This document shows, piece by piece, positions 10,631 to 23,074 of a stretch of 23,659 nucleotides of DNA (positions are counted from its first letter, which is position 1; each line of letters opens with the position of its first letter). Both the position numbers and the translations under genes were made by a program. Origin of the DNA: Trypethelium eluteriae (Eukaryota); assembly GCA_051942245.1 (NCBI GenBank), contig JAVECL010000034.1, positions 62,001-85,659 of the forward strand, given 5' to 3'. The notes below the pieces were generated by a model that made no database searches, had not been told where the DNA came from, and was given only the letters and a program-made list of their open reading frames with translations.

Positions 10631-11755
10631 ATGCAAAAATACGCCATGCTTTCAAAACGGTTCCTTTGCAGGCAGTCAACCCATTCCAATACGCACAATG
10701 TTGTCAAGAGCTTCCTTCCGTTCTTGAGCCTTCTCATATTACTTGGACTTTTAAGTTCCTTCACGTCCTATCCTCTTCGTTTAGCTTCTTACACGAAACT
10801 ACTTTCCGTAGCAGAAACATCTAATCATTTAATCTTTCACAGTCCCGAGGAGCTTCTTCTCCGGCCATTTCCAAAGAAAATCTGGCAATGGTGGAAGCAT
10901 GGTGCAGAAATACCGGATGGAAGGCTCGGTGACGGTGTTGCCATGTGGAGACTCCAAAACCCAGACCATCGATACGAGCGCCTTTCAGACGGTGACGACG
11001 AAACTTTTGTCCGTGACCATACATCTTGGAACCCGGACATTGCCAAGCTATTTTCGGAGATTTCAACCGACACCATTCTGCGTTCTGATTTTGTCCGTTA
11101 TATAGCACTGTTGATGGACGGTGGTGTATATGCTGACATCGACACGACTCCTATGAAGCCGATCGAGAAATGGATACCAAACGACTTGGCAAATGAGACA
11201 AATCTCGTTGTGGGTATCGAGATGGACAAGGGCTATCCGGAGTATGAGGATATTCCCTATACAGTGGGATTTGCGCAATACGCCATCATGGCGAAACAAG
11301 GCCATCCTGCAATACTCCGAGTTGTCGAAAAGGTGTATCACAATCTTCGGGTTCTTTTGGACGAAAAGAAAAGTAGGAGCGCTGAGATCGAATATGCCAA
11401 ACAGAACATGCGCCAGAAGACCGAACAACAAAGCGCTCATGCTGAAGCCCATCAGATGCTCGGACTCAGTTTCGAAGATGTGATTAGAGCGACAGGACCG
11501 ACAGCTTTCACTGCAAGCATTTGGGAATATCTCTCGGAACGGACCGGGCAAAACCTGACGGGTATTGAGGTGACCAACATTACGGAACCAGTGCTGATAT
11601 CCGATGTGTTGATTTTGCCGATTAACGGGTTTGGCGCAGAGCAAGTACATTCGAATTCGGGTCATTGCAATGACCCTCAAGCCATGGTTTGCCATTTCTG
11701 GGTCTCTTCATGGATCCACGATTATCCTTATGAGAGTGACCTCAATCAGTCGTAG
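10631..11755 (+). CDS. Glycosyltransferase family 32 (Och1/Hoc1-like alpha-1,6-mannosyltransferase-type), type II membrane, intronless
   Basis: N-terminal TM, then FPKKIWQ, W..QNPDHRY, RSDFVRY..L..DGGVYADID (DxD), LVVGIE, FAQY..AK.GHP, TGP..FT, DVLILP..FG and H.W.SSW. The start could be 10631 or 10646. Confidence 0.9.
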   Translation: MQKYAMLSKRFLCRQSTHSNTHNVVKSFLPFLSLLILLGLLSSFTSYPLRLASYTKLLSVAETSNHLIFHSPEELLLRPFPKKIWQWWKHGAEIPDGRLGDGVAMWRLQNPDHRYERLSDGDDETFVRDHTSWNPDIAKLFSEISTDTILRSDFVRYIALLMDGGVYADIDTTPMKPIEKWIPNDLANETNLVVGIEMDKGYPEYEDIPYTVGFAQYAIMAKQGHPAILRVVEKVYHNLRVLLDEKKSRSAEIEYAKQNMRQKTEQQSAHAEAHQMLGLSFEDVIRATGPTAFTASIWEYLSERTGQNLTGIEVTNITEPVLISDVLILPINGFGAEQVHSNSGHCNDPQAMVCHFWVSSWIHDYPYESDLNQS

Positions 11756-12980
11756 CAGCCTGCAAGAATCATCCATGCGTGCGGGAAGTCCATCCCGGCC
11801 AAAAATGATCTGCGATTGTGTGAAGAGCACACTTCATCCGAATTGAATTAGTGGAGGACTCAGTGACTTGGCTAAGGACACTATAACATCAAGTCACAGC
11901 ATTGACACCGATGTCTAGTGCTCAAAGGCATACTCTCATCGCATGGCCATATACACGGGCAATCGCAAGCCCGGGAATTGTGAAGATAGATGAGCTGTGA
12001 TAGGGACATAGGATCGGATACATAATGTAAATTCTGATTCCCCAAGCTTTCAGATCCCGGAACCAATCTACAAGCCAAGTTTCTAACGAATCATGAGGTT
12101 GTGAGCTGTCGTGTCTGTCGTTTCGGCTGCGGCTCCAAAATTGTTACTGTTGAGGGTGAACCGATTCAGCACCTTCGAAGCAGTGGCTCAAAATCAGCTC
12201 GTGTACGGTCCAATGGCAAACGAAAGGTTAATTATGAAGGTCGTGCCAATATGCAATATCCCATGGAGGCGCAACGCGTTTCTCATTGAATAGTGTCGTA
12301 ATCTCATAATCCGTGGACTGTTACGTCCTGACCTTAGGCTGGTCTAATGAAGATGGGAGTAGATGACAGGACCGGGTCGGCAGAACCAAGCGTGAAGGAA
12401 CGAGTTGACACTCGTTTGGATTAACAACTTTGTGACTGGTGAGAAATGGGTGCCTCGGCAATGCATTGCTATGTATTCTTTGAACGAAGCCGGTTTAGAC
12501 AAGGGACAGTTGTGAACGCGTCTCCTATCTTTGGCAATTAGGGAATTCAAGCGGTCGAAGCGGCTTCTCGTTCATGTGTTAATTTGTTCGGCACTAGGGT
12601 GAAGCTTGCGCGACTCAAGGTACGGATTAGGCCGAAGAGGTGGTCCTCCGAACTTTGCCCGTTCAGTATATTTGGTCCAACAAATTGTTTCAGTTGAATC
12701 CTACGGACTCCTTCTCACCCTTCTACGCCGTATTCTGGAGCTACCTTCTCGTGTCAATTGCGGAGCTTGCACTGTTCTGTCGCAACGTGCCGCGTCAATG
12801 CCCCGTCTACTGAAGATGTGCGCCACGGAAAGGTCAGCATCCGCATCCGAGTCCCCTTGGTCTCGAGATAGCCTGTAGAGACGATGGGATTGGATCTAGT
12901 GAATTTAAATACCTTCCTGGTCACTTCTCCTGTCCCCATGCGGAGTTTGCTCTGCAAAGAAGCGCATATTGGCCAGAAGC

Positions 12981-13718
12981 ATGACGAATTTTGACATTAA
13001 GATTACTTCTGACACTATCTGTCCGTGGGTAAGCAGCTCCAGACCTTGTTCCTGTGAGTCCATTATCTCACGGTTTGTGTAGTGTTATATCGGTTACCGC
13101 CGCCTTCAGAAGGGTATATCCCTCTTTCAGAAAACCTACCCCGGTGCCAAAAAAGACACTTTCACAATCCATTGGGCGCCATACTATCTGAGACCTGATG
13201 CGTCATCAATCTCAGTACCCTTCGAGGAACGGTTATCAAGCCGCGTCAGTGCTGACCAGGCTCAAAAGTTTAAGGACATAATGTTCAGGACTGGTGTTGG
13301 AGAGGGTATATCATTTAAGTTCGGGAGTAGGCTGGGGAACACTAGGGATAGCCACCGGCTGATAGCAATGGCTGGGAAGGAGGGCACGAACATCCAGACA
13401 AGACTTATGGAGGAGCTGTTCAAGGGACACTTTGAGGAAGAGCAGGATATCACTTCGCATGAGTTCTTGGTACAAGCTGGAAAGGCTGCTGGACTGGGTG
13501 AAGATTTTGTTCGGACAGGCCTGAATGATGATAAGTGTGGTAGAGAAGTCGATGAAGAGGCTCAGGCTGCTGCGCGTGATGGCGTTAAGGGTGTTCCGCA
13601 TTTCAGCATTAATACGCATCATAAAATGGGTGGAGCACAGGATGCATCGGAGTGGATGGAAGTTTTCACAGCCATTAAGGAAGGGGAAGGTAGCACACAA
13701 AACGTTGAAAAGCCCTGA
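12981..13718 (+). CDS. DsbA/FrnE-like thioredoxin-fold oxidoreductase; exons 12981-13028, 13083-13718
   Basis: MTNFDIKITSDTICPW|CYIG gives a CPWC motif split by intron 13029-13082. Also GNTRDSHRLI, FEEEQDIT, GVKGVPHF and GGAQ. Confidence 0.92.
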
Positions 13719-13856
13719 GCCTACTTGTATTCGGATCTCTGAGTCTTAGAAATTATATGAATTTTTTGAGGAATGACAACTTCAATATCAATGGCCTTTA
13801 GGGGAGCACTTGTGGCACTTTGCGAGATCAAGTAGTGTTTAGAGTAGAGTGGACCC

Positions 13857-13888
13857 TGAAAAACGCGTCATTAATCAACGCGTTTTCA
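13857..13888. promoter_or_regulatory. Pair of MluI cell-cycle boxes (ACGCGT) upstream of CHL1
   Basis: ACGCGT at 13863-13868 and 13878-13883, within TGAAAAACGCGT..ACGCGTTTTCA, ~100 bp before the CHL1 start. Confidence 0.65.
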
Positions 13889-13984
13889 ACGAGTCAACTT
13901 CCGCCAACTGTGCAGGCGAACGGTCAACTGCAAGTCTCGAGAAGCAGCGATGAGCCAAAATTGGCATTTGATGTTGTGTCAACT

Positions 13985-16900
13985 ATGCCTTGCATGGAAA
14001 AGGACTTCCACCATCCGTATCAGCCATACAACATCCAGAAGCAATTTATGACTGCAATTTACGATTGCATCGAGGATGCAAAAGTAGGCATATTTGAATC
14101 GCCAACCGGTAAATGTGCCCTATCAGGTCCTGAAAAAAAAAACTACTAATGGACTCAGGAACGGTAGGATCATTTTCATACTCAAGTTATTCCCAATCTG
14201 CCGGTGTGATCTTGGTATTCTCGTTTCGTGTCGATCTCATTGGCCACAGGCCTGATGCGGATATTGGCAGCGGAAAACATTTGTTTACAACTTGTATTAT
14301 TTCTGACTATCACCTTAAGCTGAAGCTTGTTCCTAGGGAAAATCTTTGAGTCTAATATGCGGGTCTTTGACATGGCTTCGCGAGCATAAGCGGAGACAGT
14401 TTGAGGAAAGCTTAGACGAGCCCGGGGGTTTGGATTTACTTTTCCTGAATAATTCGGGTAGAGCTCATCGAGATCATTAGATGATGACGAACCGGACTGG
14501 ATAGTAGACCAAGCTCGAAACGCAAAACGCGAAACGGCACGCCGAGAAATAACTGCCTTCAAAGAAAGACTGGCCAAGGCTCGCAAAACAGAGAGGAAGA
14601 CACGCCAAACGCATGAGAATGGAGAACCTCTTCAGAAACGCCAAGTGAGCGGCTCTTAGGTTTTTGGGGTCGAGCATAGCGATGCTGATTGAGATCCCAG
14701 AAAACGACAGCAAACCAGGACGTCGATCCCGAAGCAGAAGCCACCTTTGAGCTAGATAACTACGAGAGCGATGAAGACGCTAGACAAGGCATCAAATCAA
14801 GTCTACACTCATCATCTGATCTGTCTGCTGAAACCCAAGCCCTCATGGAGAGGCTGGGCATGTCTATTGCAGGGGACGCAGCGACCGGATTGAACGATGC
14901 CACAGACGAACTCAAGATCTTCTACTGTTCTCGCACTCATTCACAACTAACGCAGTTTTCGAATGAACTTCGTCGAGTGCGTTTGCCTCCAGTCCTACCT
15001 CCTTTGGATTCCCTGGCTGGATCCCCTCCACCAAACCGTTCAGAAGGCATGGAGGAAGGTCTCAAGCATCTCACGCTAGGTTCACGAACCAGTCTCTGCA
15101 TCAATACAAAAGTCAATCGACTGGCCAATGTGACGGCCATTAATGAGAAATGCCTTGAGTTACAGCAAGCTGGGACCCCCGCAGATCACAGATGTCCCTA
15201 CTTGCCTACCCAGGACAACGAGACACTGGTACACGACTTTCGGGACAATGTCTTGGACAAAGTCAGAGACATTGAAGACTTAGGTTCTCTGGGCAAGAAG
15301 TTAGGCATTTGCCCATATTACGCATCAAGACCGACAATTCGCCCTAGCGAGGCAGGTCAGCAGGTCTACATATCCTTCGTTTGCTGATTTCTCTAGATCG
15401 TTACATTACCCTATCCACTCCTTCTACAAAAGTCCGCCCGGCAGGCTCTAGACTTGTCATTGAAGAATCATGTAATAATCATTGATGAAGCTCATAATCT
15501 CATGGACGCTATTACCGGCATCTATTCGGTTTCCATCAGTCTCAAACAATTACAGGCGTCTCGCGCGCAACTAGGAGTCTATCTGCAGAAGTTTCGACAT
15601 AGACTAAAAGGCAAGAATCGAGTCTATCTTGCTCAAATCATGCGTTTGGTCAACTCTCTAATCCAATTTCTGCAATCTCGAGGAACAAATAATAGTTCTT
15701 TGGAGGGAACAGTGGAGCCAAGCGAACTCATGGCCAGCAAGGGTGCTGATCAGATAAATCTGTACAAGCTTGTCCGATACTTGCAAGTCAGCAAGTTGGC
15801 TCGCAAGGTTGAAGGGTACTTGGTCCATGCAGAGGAACACGATCAACCGACAACTCTGAAAGCTGCTGACAGATCAAAGAAAGCCAGTGCTAAAGAGACA
15901 GCAGTCCCGGTGTTGACGCAAATCCAAGGCTTCTTGGTCGCCCTAATGAACCCATCCTCAGAAGGCCGTTTCTTCTTTGGCAATGAAGAAAGCGGCATGA
16001 CATTGAGATATATGCTGCTAGACCCTGCACACCATTTCCGAGAGATTGTCGAGGATGCCAGAGCAGTGATTCTCGCGGGAGGAACGATGTCACCTGTAAG
16101 CCTCCTGCCGGGTTCTGAGATGCCCCGATTGTCAGCCGATGACTAGGACTAACCTGACTAGATGAGCGACTATTATGATCACTTATTCCCATATTTACCA
16201 CCAACTAGGATACAGACTTTATCCTGCGGTCATGTCATACCTCCTTCGAATTTGCTCGCAATGCCTATCAATGAAGCTACAAGCGGCACTGAGTTCGATT
16301 TCACATTTGAGAAAAGGAACTCGGAAGCAATGGTGTGTCCTCAAGGTTGCTTTGAGATTTGGTATCTGCAAGAAGCTGATGATAGTAGATACGAGACGTC
16401 GGTGAAGCCATTCTGTCTGTGATCGAGAATACTCCAGACGGAGTAGTCGTCTTCTTTCCCAGCTACGCCTATCTCAGTCGTGTCGTATCCATCTGGAGAA
16501 AGGTTCCGGACCGTTCTACCTCGGACCTCTCCCTTTGGGACCGTATCACCAATACGAAACCCACATTCCTAGAGCCACGCGCTACAACTCCAAACACATC
16601 GGACTCCTCCAACCCGCAAAACACCGCTCGTAGCTCGCGGCCACCCCCGGCCGACTCTTCGAGTGCCCCTGACTCCACTCTGACTTCTTATGCCGCCGCC
16701 ATCGCCGCCAACAACGGCAAAGGCGCGCTCCTACTCTCCGTCATTGGTGGCTCTCTCTCCGAAGGCATCAACTTCAGCGACGCTCTCGGCCGCTGCGTCA
16801 TCGTCATCGGGTTGCCCTTTCCGAATCCGCATACCGCGGAGTGGAAAGCCAAGGCCGCTTACGTCGAAGCTAAAGCTGCAGCGCGAGCTACCAACCCGAA

Positions 16901-17213
16901 CGCACAAGTCGCGCACGGGGGAAAGGCAGAGAGTATGGCCAAGGGAAAGGTTGCGGTGGATCCCAAAGCGGCGTCGCGAGAGTTCTATGAGAATGTGTGT
17001 ATGAGGGCGGTGAATCAGTGCGTTGGGCGCGCGATTCGACACAAGGGAGATTATGCCGCGATCCTGCTGATGGATAAGCGGTATGGGAATCCGAGGATTA
17101 GAGAGAAGTTGCCAGGGTGGATCAAGGAAAGTTTGAGAGGACCGGGCGGCGTGAGAGCAGCGGTTGGGGCTTTGAAGGAATTTTTCAGAGGGAAGGAGGA
17201 AATGCGAGATTGA
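13985..17213 (+). CDS. CHL1: ATP-dependent Fe-S DNA helicase Chl1/DDX11; exons 13985(or 13994)-14108, 14159-14163, 14337-14427, 14481-14644, 14701-15351, 15397-16095, 16162-16332, 16389-17213
   Basis: [12 protein letters not shown], Walker [16 protein letters not shown] (after splicing), [75 protein letters not shown]. Confidence 0.96.
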
Positions 17214-17981
17214 AGTGTAGGTCGAGATATTTGCAAACAAGTCATTACGGATGAGCAGAGGGAAGTAGAGTAATGCTTGTCATCTAAGCCAAGTCTGAAA
17301 TTCACGAGCACGTCTCGTAGACTCTCTGCCGGACTGGACGCTGGGTCACGCCCTGCTAGGCATAACTATGTCATAAGACGGAAGCTGGAGACAGGAGTTC
17401 AATATTACTGGATCTGAGACTAGTGGTAAGAGGATGGTTATGCTCCAGGAACCATAGATAAAGAAGACTGGTAGTGGGGAAGCTTATTGAAGCTTCATGG
17501 GGATAATACGATGACGACTCCCCCCGAGGAATTGAAATATAACCTTACAGTGATTTTTCTTACAGGGGAATCAGGTAATACTAATATCCTTGGGAGCGAT
17601 TGCTGCGAAGACCACGGTCGATAAGTTATCAAGCCGAATTACGGGTTCTAAAAGAAGGTATGAGTTCAACAAGGCGCAATGTGACAACGACCACAAGACT
17701 TTTCATCTTTGGCTTGAACGGATATCTGCAGTGTATTAGCGAGAGTGTGATAGTGGCAGTGGCACTACACTGGAGGCGATACGGGAGCGCCGAGGGGCGA
17801 TCGACAGGGACAGACAGCTGAGGAAAGTCTGCCGAAAAATGACATCTGGCCGGAAAGGAAAGAATTAAATCATCTGCGAAGGCTACACCCTGATAATGGT
17901 GTGCCAGCGCGACACGAATATTCTACCAGTATCGTTGAACTCAAGGCCGTTCCTGGAGTACCATTAAGGTGGTCTCCATGT

Positions 17982-17988
17982 TGACGTG
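17982..17988 (+). promoter_or_regulatory. Possible unfolded-protein-response element (TGACGTG) upstream of UGGT
   Basis: A single TGACGTG lies ~100 bp before the ATG of an ER folding-sensor gene. The motif is short and could occur by chance. Confidence 0.25.
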
Positions 17989-18090
17989 CGTGTCCACTAC
18001 TTGATGAGCAACCAGTCCTTGTAGCCAACAGCTCCTGGACTCGAATCGACATCGTGAATCATTGCAGCCCCGAATACCTTGCTTCATGCA

Positions 18091-21000
18091 ATGATACCAC
18101 GGTTAGGCCTGCTATCCGCTGAGGCTTTGCTCCTCTTCGGCTTTTTCCAATATCATGGCGTCAATGCTATACCAGCTGTTGACGTCAAGCTTAAAGCTGC
18201 TTTCGATTCACCACCTTTCCTTGTGGAGCTCTTGTAAGCCTGGGACTGATCCGATATTTCTATGCAAAGCTCATTGACGACAGAGAAACTGCGGCAGAAG
18301 AGAATGCGACTTCATACTTCCCAATCCTTGACCGAATAGCAGACGGCTACTTTGACAAGTCCACGACAGATGAAGAGCTCTACAAAAGCTTCGCTGAGTT
18401 GGTGAAAGACGAAGGATATCTTGCTGATTCGGAGACATTCTCGTCCTTCGAGTTGGCTTTGTCGGTCCATGCTGCAGCCCCGCGAATACAAGCACACTAT
18501 CAATTCTACGATACTTCGGCAGAACCATCACTACATCATGAGTCACAAAGGTGCGAGATTTGGATACAATCGGGAGGAAAGCAGTACTGTTCGCCGGAGT
18601 TGAACCAAGCAGATGCGACTCTGAACAGCACTATGTGAGCCAAGAGATTCAGGACTACATGAGAAGGCTTTGCTAATATGGAAATAGTGTATATGACTTA
18701 CCGTTCGATCGTGTTTTTGGCGACTCCCTAAGCGCTACAAAGTCTGTATTGTACGCCGATATTACGTCTCCTAAATTCCGCAGTTTCCACAAGAGAGCCA
18801 CTGGTACGGCAAAGCAGGGCAAGAATTCTTATAGACTTCGGTACAAGCCTTCATCTACACACAAAAAAGAGCGTTTGGTTGTCAGTGGGTATGGAGTAGA
18901 ACTTGCTCTTAAACGAACGGATTACATCGTCGTTGACGATCGGCAAGCCGAGAAGGAACGAGATGAAGACTCCGAGAGGGCCAAAGGAGCTTCTCTGGAA
19001 GCAGAAGATGTTACCGATCTAAAGCCATTGTCTGCATCCGAGGTGCTGACATTAGGTGCGAAAGCAGGCGGCTTCGTCATGAATAGCGATAACCCTTTCA
19101 ATACGCTGGTTAAGCTTCTGCAGGATTTTCCAAAGCATTCTTCTGCTGTTGCAGCATCTAACCTATCAAGCTACTTTTGGCTGGAGCACATAAACAACAG
19201 GGAGACCTTCTTACCACCGGGATACAACCTCGTCTGGATCAATGGTTTGCAAGTACAAGCGCGTGAGATGAACGCCTTTTCGCTTCTCCCTATACTCCGT
19301 CGCGAACGTGCACTTATTAATGGCCTCGGAGATCTTGGCTTCACTCCTCCTGATGCCATCAAACTTCTGTCGCATCCTGAAATTCTCGAGGCACAGTCAA
19401 ACGACAATCCTCAGCGTTACGATTATAGGGATGACACAGAAGGAGGAGATGTCATCATTTGGCTTAACAACATTGAAAAGGACAAACGCTACCAGGACTG
19501 GCCTGAAAATATAATGGCCGTAAGTATCGATCATCATTCAGGAAAAAGAAGGATTTAACACATTATAGCTCCTTCAGCGAATGTTTCCAGGGCAATTACC
19601 ACAGGTCAGAAGAGATATCAACAACATCGTTGTGCCGGTCGATTTGTCTAATACGAAGGACGTTACTCTTATTGTCGAGAATCTTCAAGGTTTTGTGAAG
19701 AGAAAAGTTCCCATTCGGTTTGGAATCGTCCCCAGTTCTAGAACGCAGGCAGCGAGGGATCAAACCAAATTAGCTTATCATTTGCTTGATACGTATGGGC
19801 TAGGAGGGCTATTGGCATACTTGGAGACAGTAGGTGCCACTGCTACGGAGATGTCGAGTGTTCATGCTCACTTCTTTAGGTACTTAACAAGGATGCTGTA
19901 TCGTCAGCTTCTTCTAAGCATTTTGAGTCCACAGTCAAAAGCCGCAAGCTCCGTTTAGATCGTTCTCCGCAAGCTTTCCAGGAAGTACTATCAGCGGATG
20001 ACACAAATGACCGCCTTCAAAGAGCCGAGTCTTATCTAACACGCCTTGCCGCAAATCATCCGTCAGCTCCTATGTTTGTCAATGGCCTTGCCATTCGGTC
20101 GAACGAAGAATGGATGCAGACTATGAGTACACGAATAAGCATGGACCTTAGAGATATACAAGTCAAGGTTTTCCAGGGTGAGCTTGACGATGATGCCTGG
20201 CTGCCGGCTGAATTTCTAACGAATGCTACCCTGCGACGAAATGCGCTTATCATCCCCGAAGATGAAAGGAACGTCACATTGGTGGACCCGCGTAGCGTCT
20301 ACACTGCGCACCAATCGATCATCGAGTCTCTGCCGCATATCGCTCCTAGTGAAAATGCCGCGAAACGCGACTGGGCGCATCTGATAATGGTTGCAGATTT
20401 CGCTTCTGAATCAGGATCTCAACTCCTCTCAGAAGCTATTCAGTTCAGGAAGCACCATGAGGAAGTCCATCTCGTTTTGATCCATAATGGAAAACAACTG
20501 TCCACGGGCGATCTTTCTGGACAGCTCAAGTATACAGACGCAGGCCGAGCTCTGCCTCTGAATTTTGACCATCTTGAAGAGATTGCCCAGAAAACGCAGC
20601 AGCATATTCGTGTTGATGCCATCGAGGACCTCGAAGATATCTCTGCTTTCTGGAATGCTGCCATAGCCAGGCCGATTGTTCAGTCATTGAGTATGCAAGA
20701 AGGGCAATTTGGGCTTTTGCTCAACGGACGATTGATTGCGCCCATCCCTGAATCTTCAAAGTTCGTGCAAGAGGACTTGGCCTCAATGCTTGCTTATGAG
20801 AGTAAAAAGCGCTTCGCTCCAGTCTCTGCAGCTGTGAACAATCTGGATCTCGAGGAAAAGATCAAGTCACCTTTAGACGCCGCGAAAGTATCGGCCTTTG
20901 TTGCACGTTCGATGGTGTCAGACGTGCCAGAAGGCATATTTGAAGCCAGTAACGGCCTAAGAATGGCAATGTTTGAGAAATGGGATGCTGACCACACTAT

Positions 21001-22915
21001 GATCAGCACGGGAGATAAGGAGACAGCGATGATTCAGATTGTGGCCTCCGTTGACCCAGCCTCCGAGCTAGCGCAAAGATGGGTTCCGATACTGAAAGTT
21101 CTGTCTCAGCTTAATGGAGTGCACACGCGGATATTCCTCAATCCTAAAGACCAGATGGATGAGCTCCCCGTCAAACGGTTCTACCGCCAGGTTCTGCAAT
21201 CGAAGCCCGCTTTCGGGAGCGACGGTTCGCTCGTTGGGATGTCAGCTCACTTCGCCGGCCTACCAGCTGACGCTTTGCTCACCATGGCTATGGATGCGCC
21301 CCCATCCTGGCTCATTGCTGCAAAGGAATCAGTTTATGACCTGGACAATATAAAACTCAGCTCGATAAAGGGTTCAGGAGACGTCGAAGCAACATACGAG
21401 CTAGAGAATATCCTTATTGAGGGTCACTCTAGAGATATAAACTCAGGCGCACCACCGCGCGGAGCGCAGCTTGTGCTTGGCACAGACAAAGAACCAGACT
21501 CTGCCGGTACAATCATCATGGCTAATATTGGATATTTCCAATTCAAGGCCAACCCAGGCTTTTACAGGATAGCCTTACAAAAGGGACGCAGTGAAGAGAT
21601 TTTCCAGATTGATAGTGCTGGAACGGCTGGCTGGGCTCCAACTCCTGGTGATGAGACCACTGACATTTCTCTCATCAGCTTCCAAGGTACCACCTTGTAT
21701 CCGAGATTATCTCGAAAACCTGGCATGGAAAATGAAGATGTCCTGGAGCCAAGCAAGTCGGTCATCGTGGATATTGCAGAGACAGGTGCAGAACTGGCAG
21801 ACAGTCTCCTGTCTCAAGTAGGGTTGTCCGGCTTCAAATCAGGTCTCTCTAAGGCGCAAAAATTCGGATCAGATATGATGTCTCAAGCTGGTCTCACTCC
21901 TCAAATTGTCTCCAGACACGCCGATATCAACATATTTTCAGTCGCATCCGGTCACTTGTACGAGCGTATGCTCAACATTATGATGGTCTCGGTCATGCGT
22001 CATACCAACCATACCGTCAAGTTCTGGTTCATCGAGCAATTCCTTTCCCCTTCTTTCAAGTCCTTCCTCCCAACTCTTGCTGCTGAATACGGCTTCGACT
22101 ACGAAATGGTGACGTACAAATGGCCGCATTGGCTGCGGGGACAGAAAGAGAAGCAGCGCGAGATCTGGGGCTACAAGATCCTCTTTCTGGATGTCCTCTT
22201 CCCACTTGATCTTGACAAGGTCATCTTCGTCGACGCTGACCAGATCGTTCGTACTGATATGTACGACCTTGTGACGCACGACCTGGAGGATGCGCCTTAC
22301 GGCTTCACACCCATGTGCGATTCCCGTACCGAGATGGAAGGCTTCCGTTTCTGGAAACAGGGCTACTGGAAGAACTTCCTCCGCGGATTACCCTACCATA
22401 TTTCGGCTCTTTATGTCGTAGATCTTAAAAGATTTAGGCAAATCGCTGCGGGCGATCGTTTGCGACAGCAATATCATCAACTTTCGGCCGACCCAGCCTC
22501 CCTCTCGAACTTAGATCAGGACTTGCCCAATCACATGCAGGTCGTCCTTCCAATCCATTCGCTTCCACAGGAATGGCTTTGGTGCGAAACATGGTGCAGT
22601 GACGAGTCACTGAAGGATGCTAGAACGATAGATCTATGTAATAATCCGCAGACCAAGGAGCCGAAATTAGATAGGGCAAGGAGGCAGGTGCCAGAATGGA
22701 CGGTATACGATGAAGAAATTGCGGCGTTGGCAAAGAGGACGAGTGGTGCAGAGGGAGCAGCGGGAGTCGTGCAGGCCGAAGCAGTGGCGGGCGCATACGG
22801 CGCTGGGGTAGAAGGCGAGCAGGAGTCAGAGCAGACGCAGAGCGAGACGCAGGATGAAGCCGCTGCAGGGACCAAAAAGGGAGGAAAGAGCAGTCATACC
22901 ATTGATGAGTTATAG
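18091..22915 (+). CDS. KRE5: UDP-glucose:glycoprotein glucosyltransferase (UGGT, GT24; gpt1/KRE5-like); exons 18091-18233, 18284-18634, 18688-19519, 19569-19829, 19880-22915
   Basis: Signal peptide, VKLKAAFDSPPFLVELLET, AAPRIQAHYQFY, SGYGVELALKRTDY, INIFSVASGHLYER, WGYKILFLDVLFP, FVDADQ, NLDQDLPN, WLWCETWC, DLCNNP and C-terminal IDEL. Confidence 0.96.
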
Positions 22916-23074
22916 ATTTCTTAACACCGCTGTTTTGTTAGATGGTTCTCTGTATCAATAGCAAATTCGTTCAGTCTATCTTCCTTGGTTTTCTACGACC
23001 TCACCCTCCAGTCATGTACTAAAAGGCGTTTTTCTATCTCCCAATGCCCCCTGAGGTCTGCGACCAATCCTCCA

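Noticed and set aside
11063..11695. 210-aa antisense ORF
   Set aside because: Shadow of the GT32 gene on the opposite strand, with no motifs.
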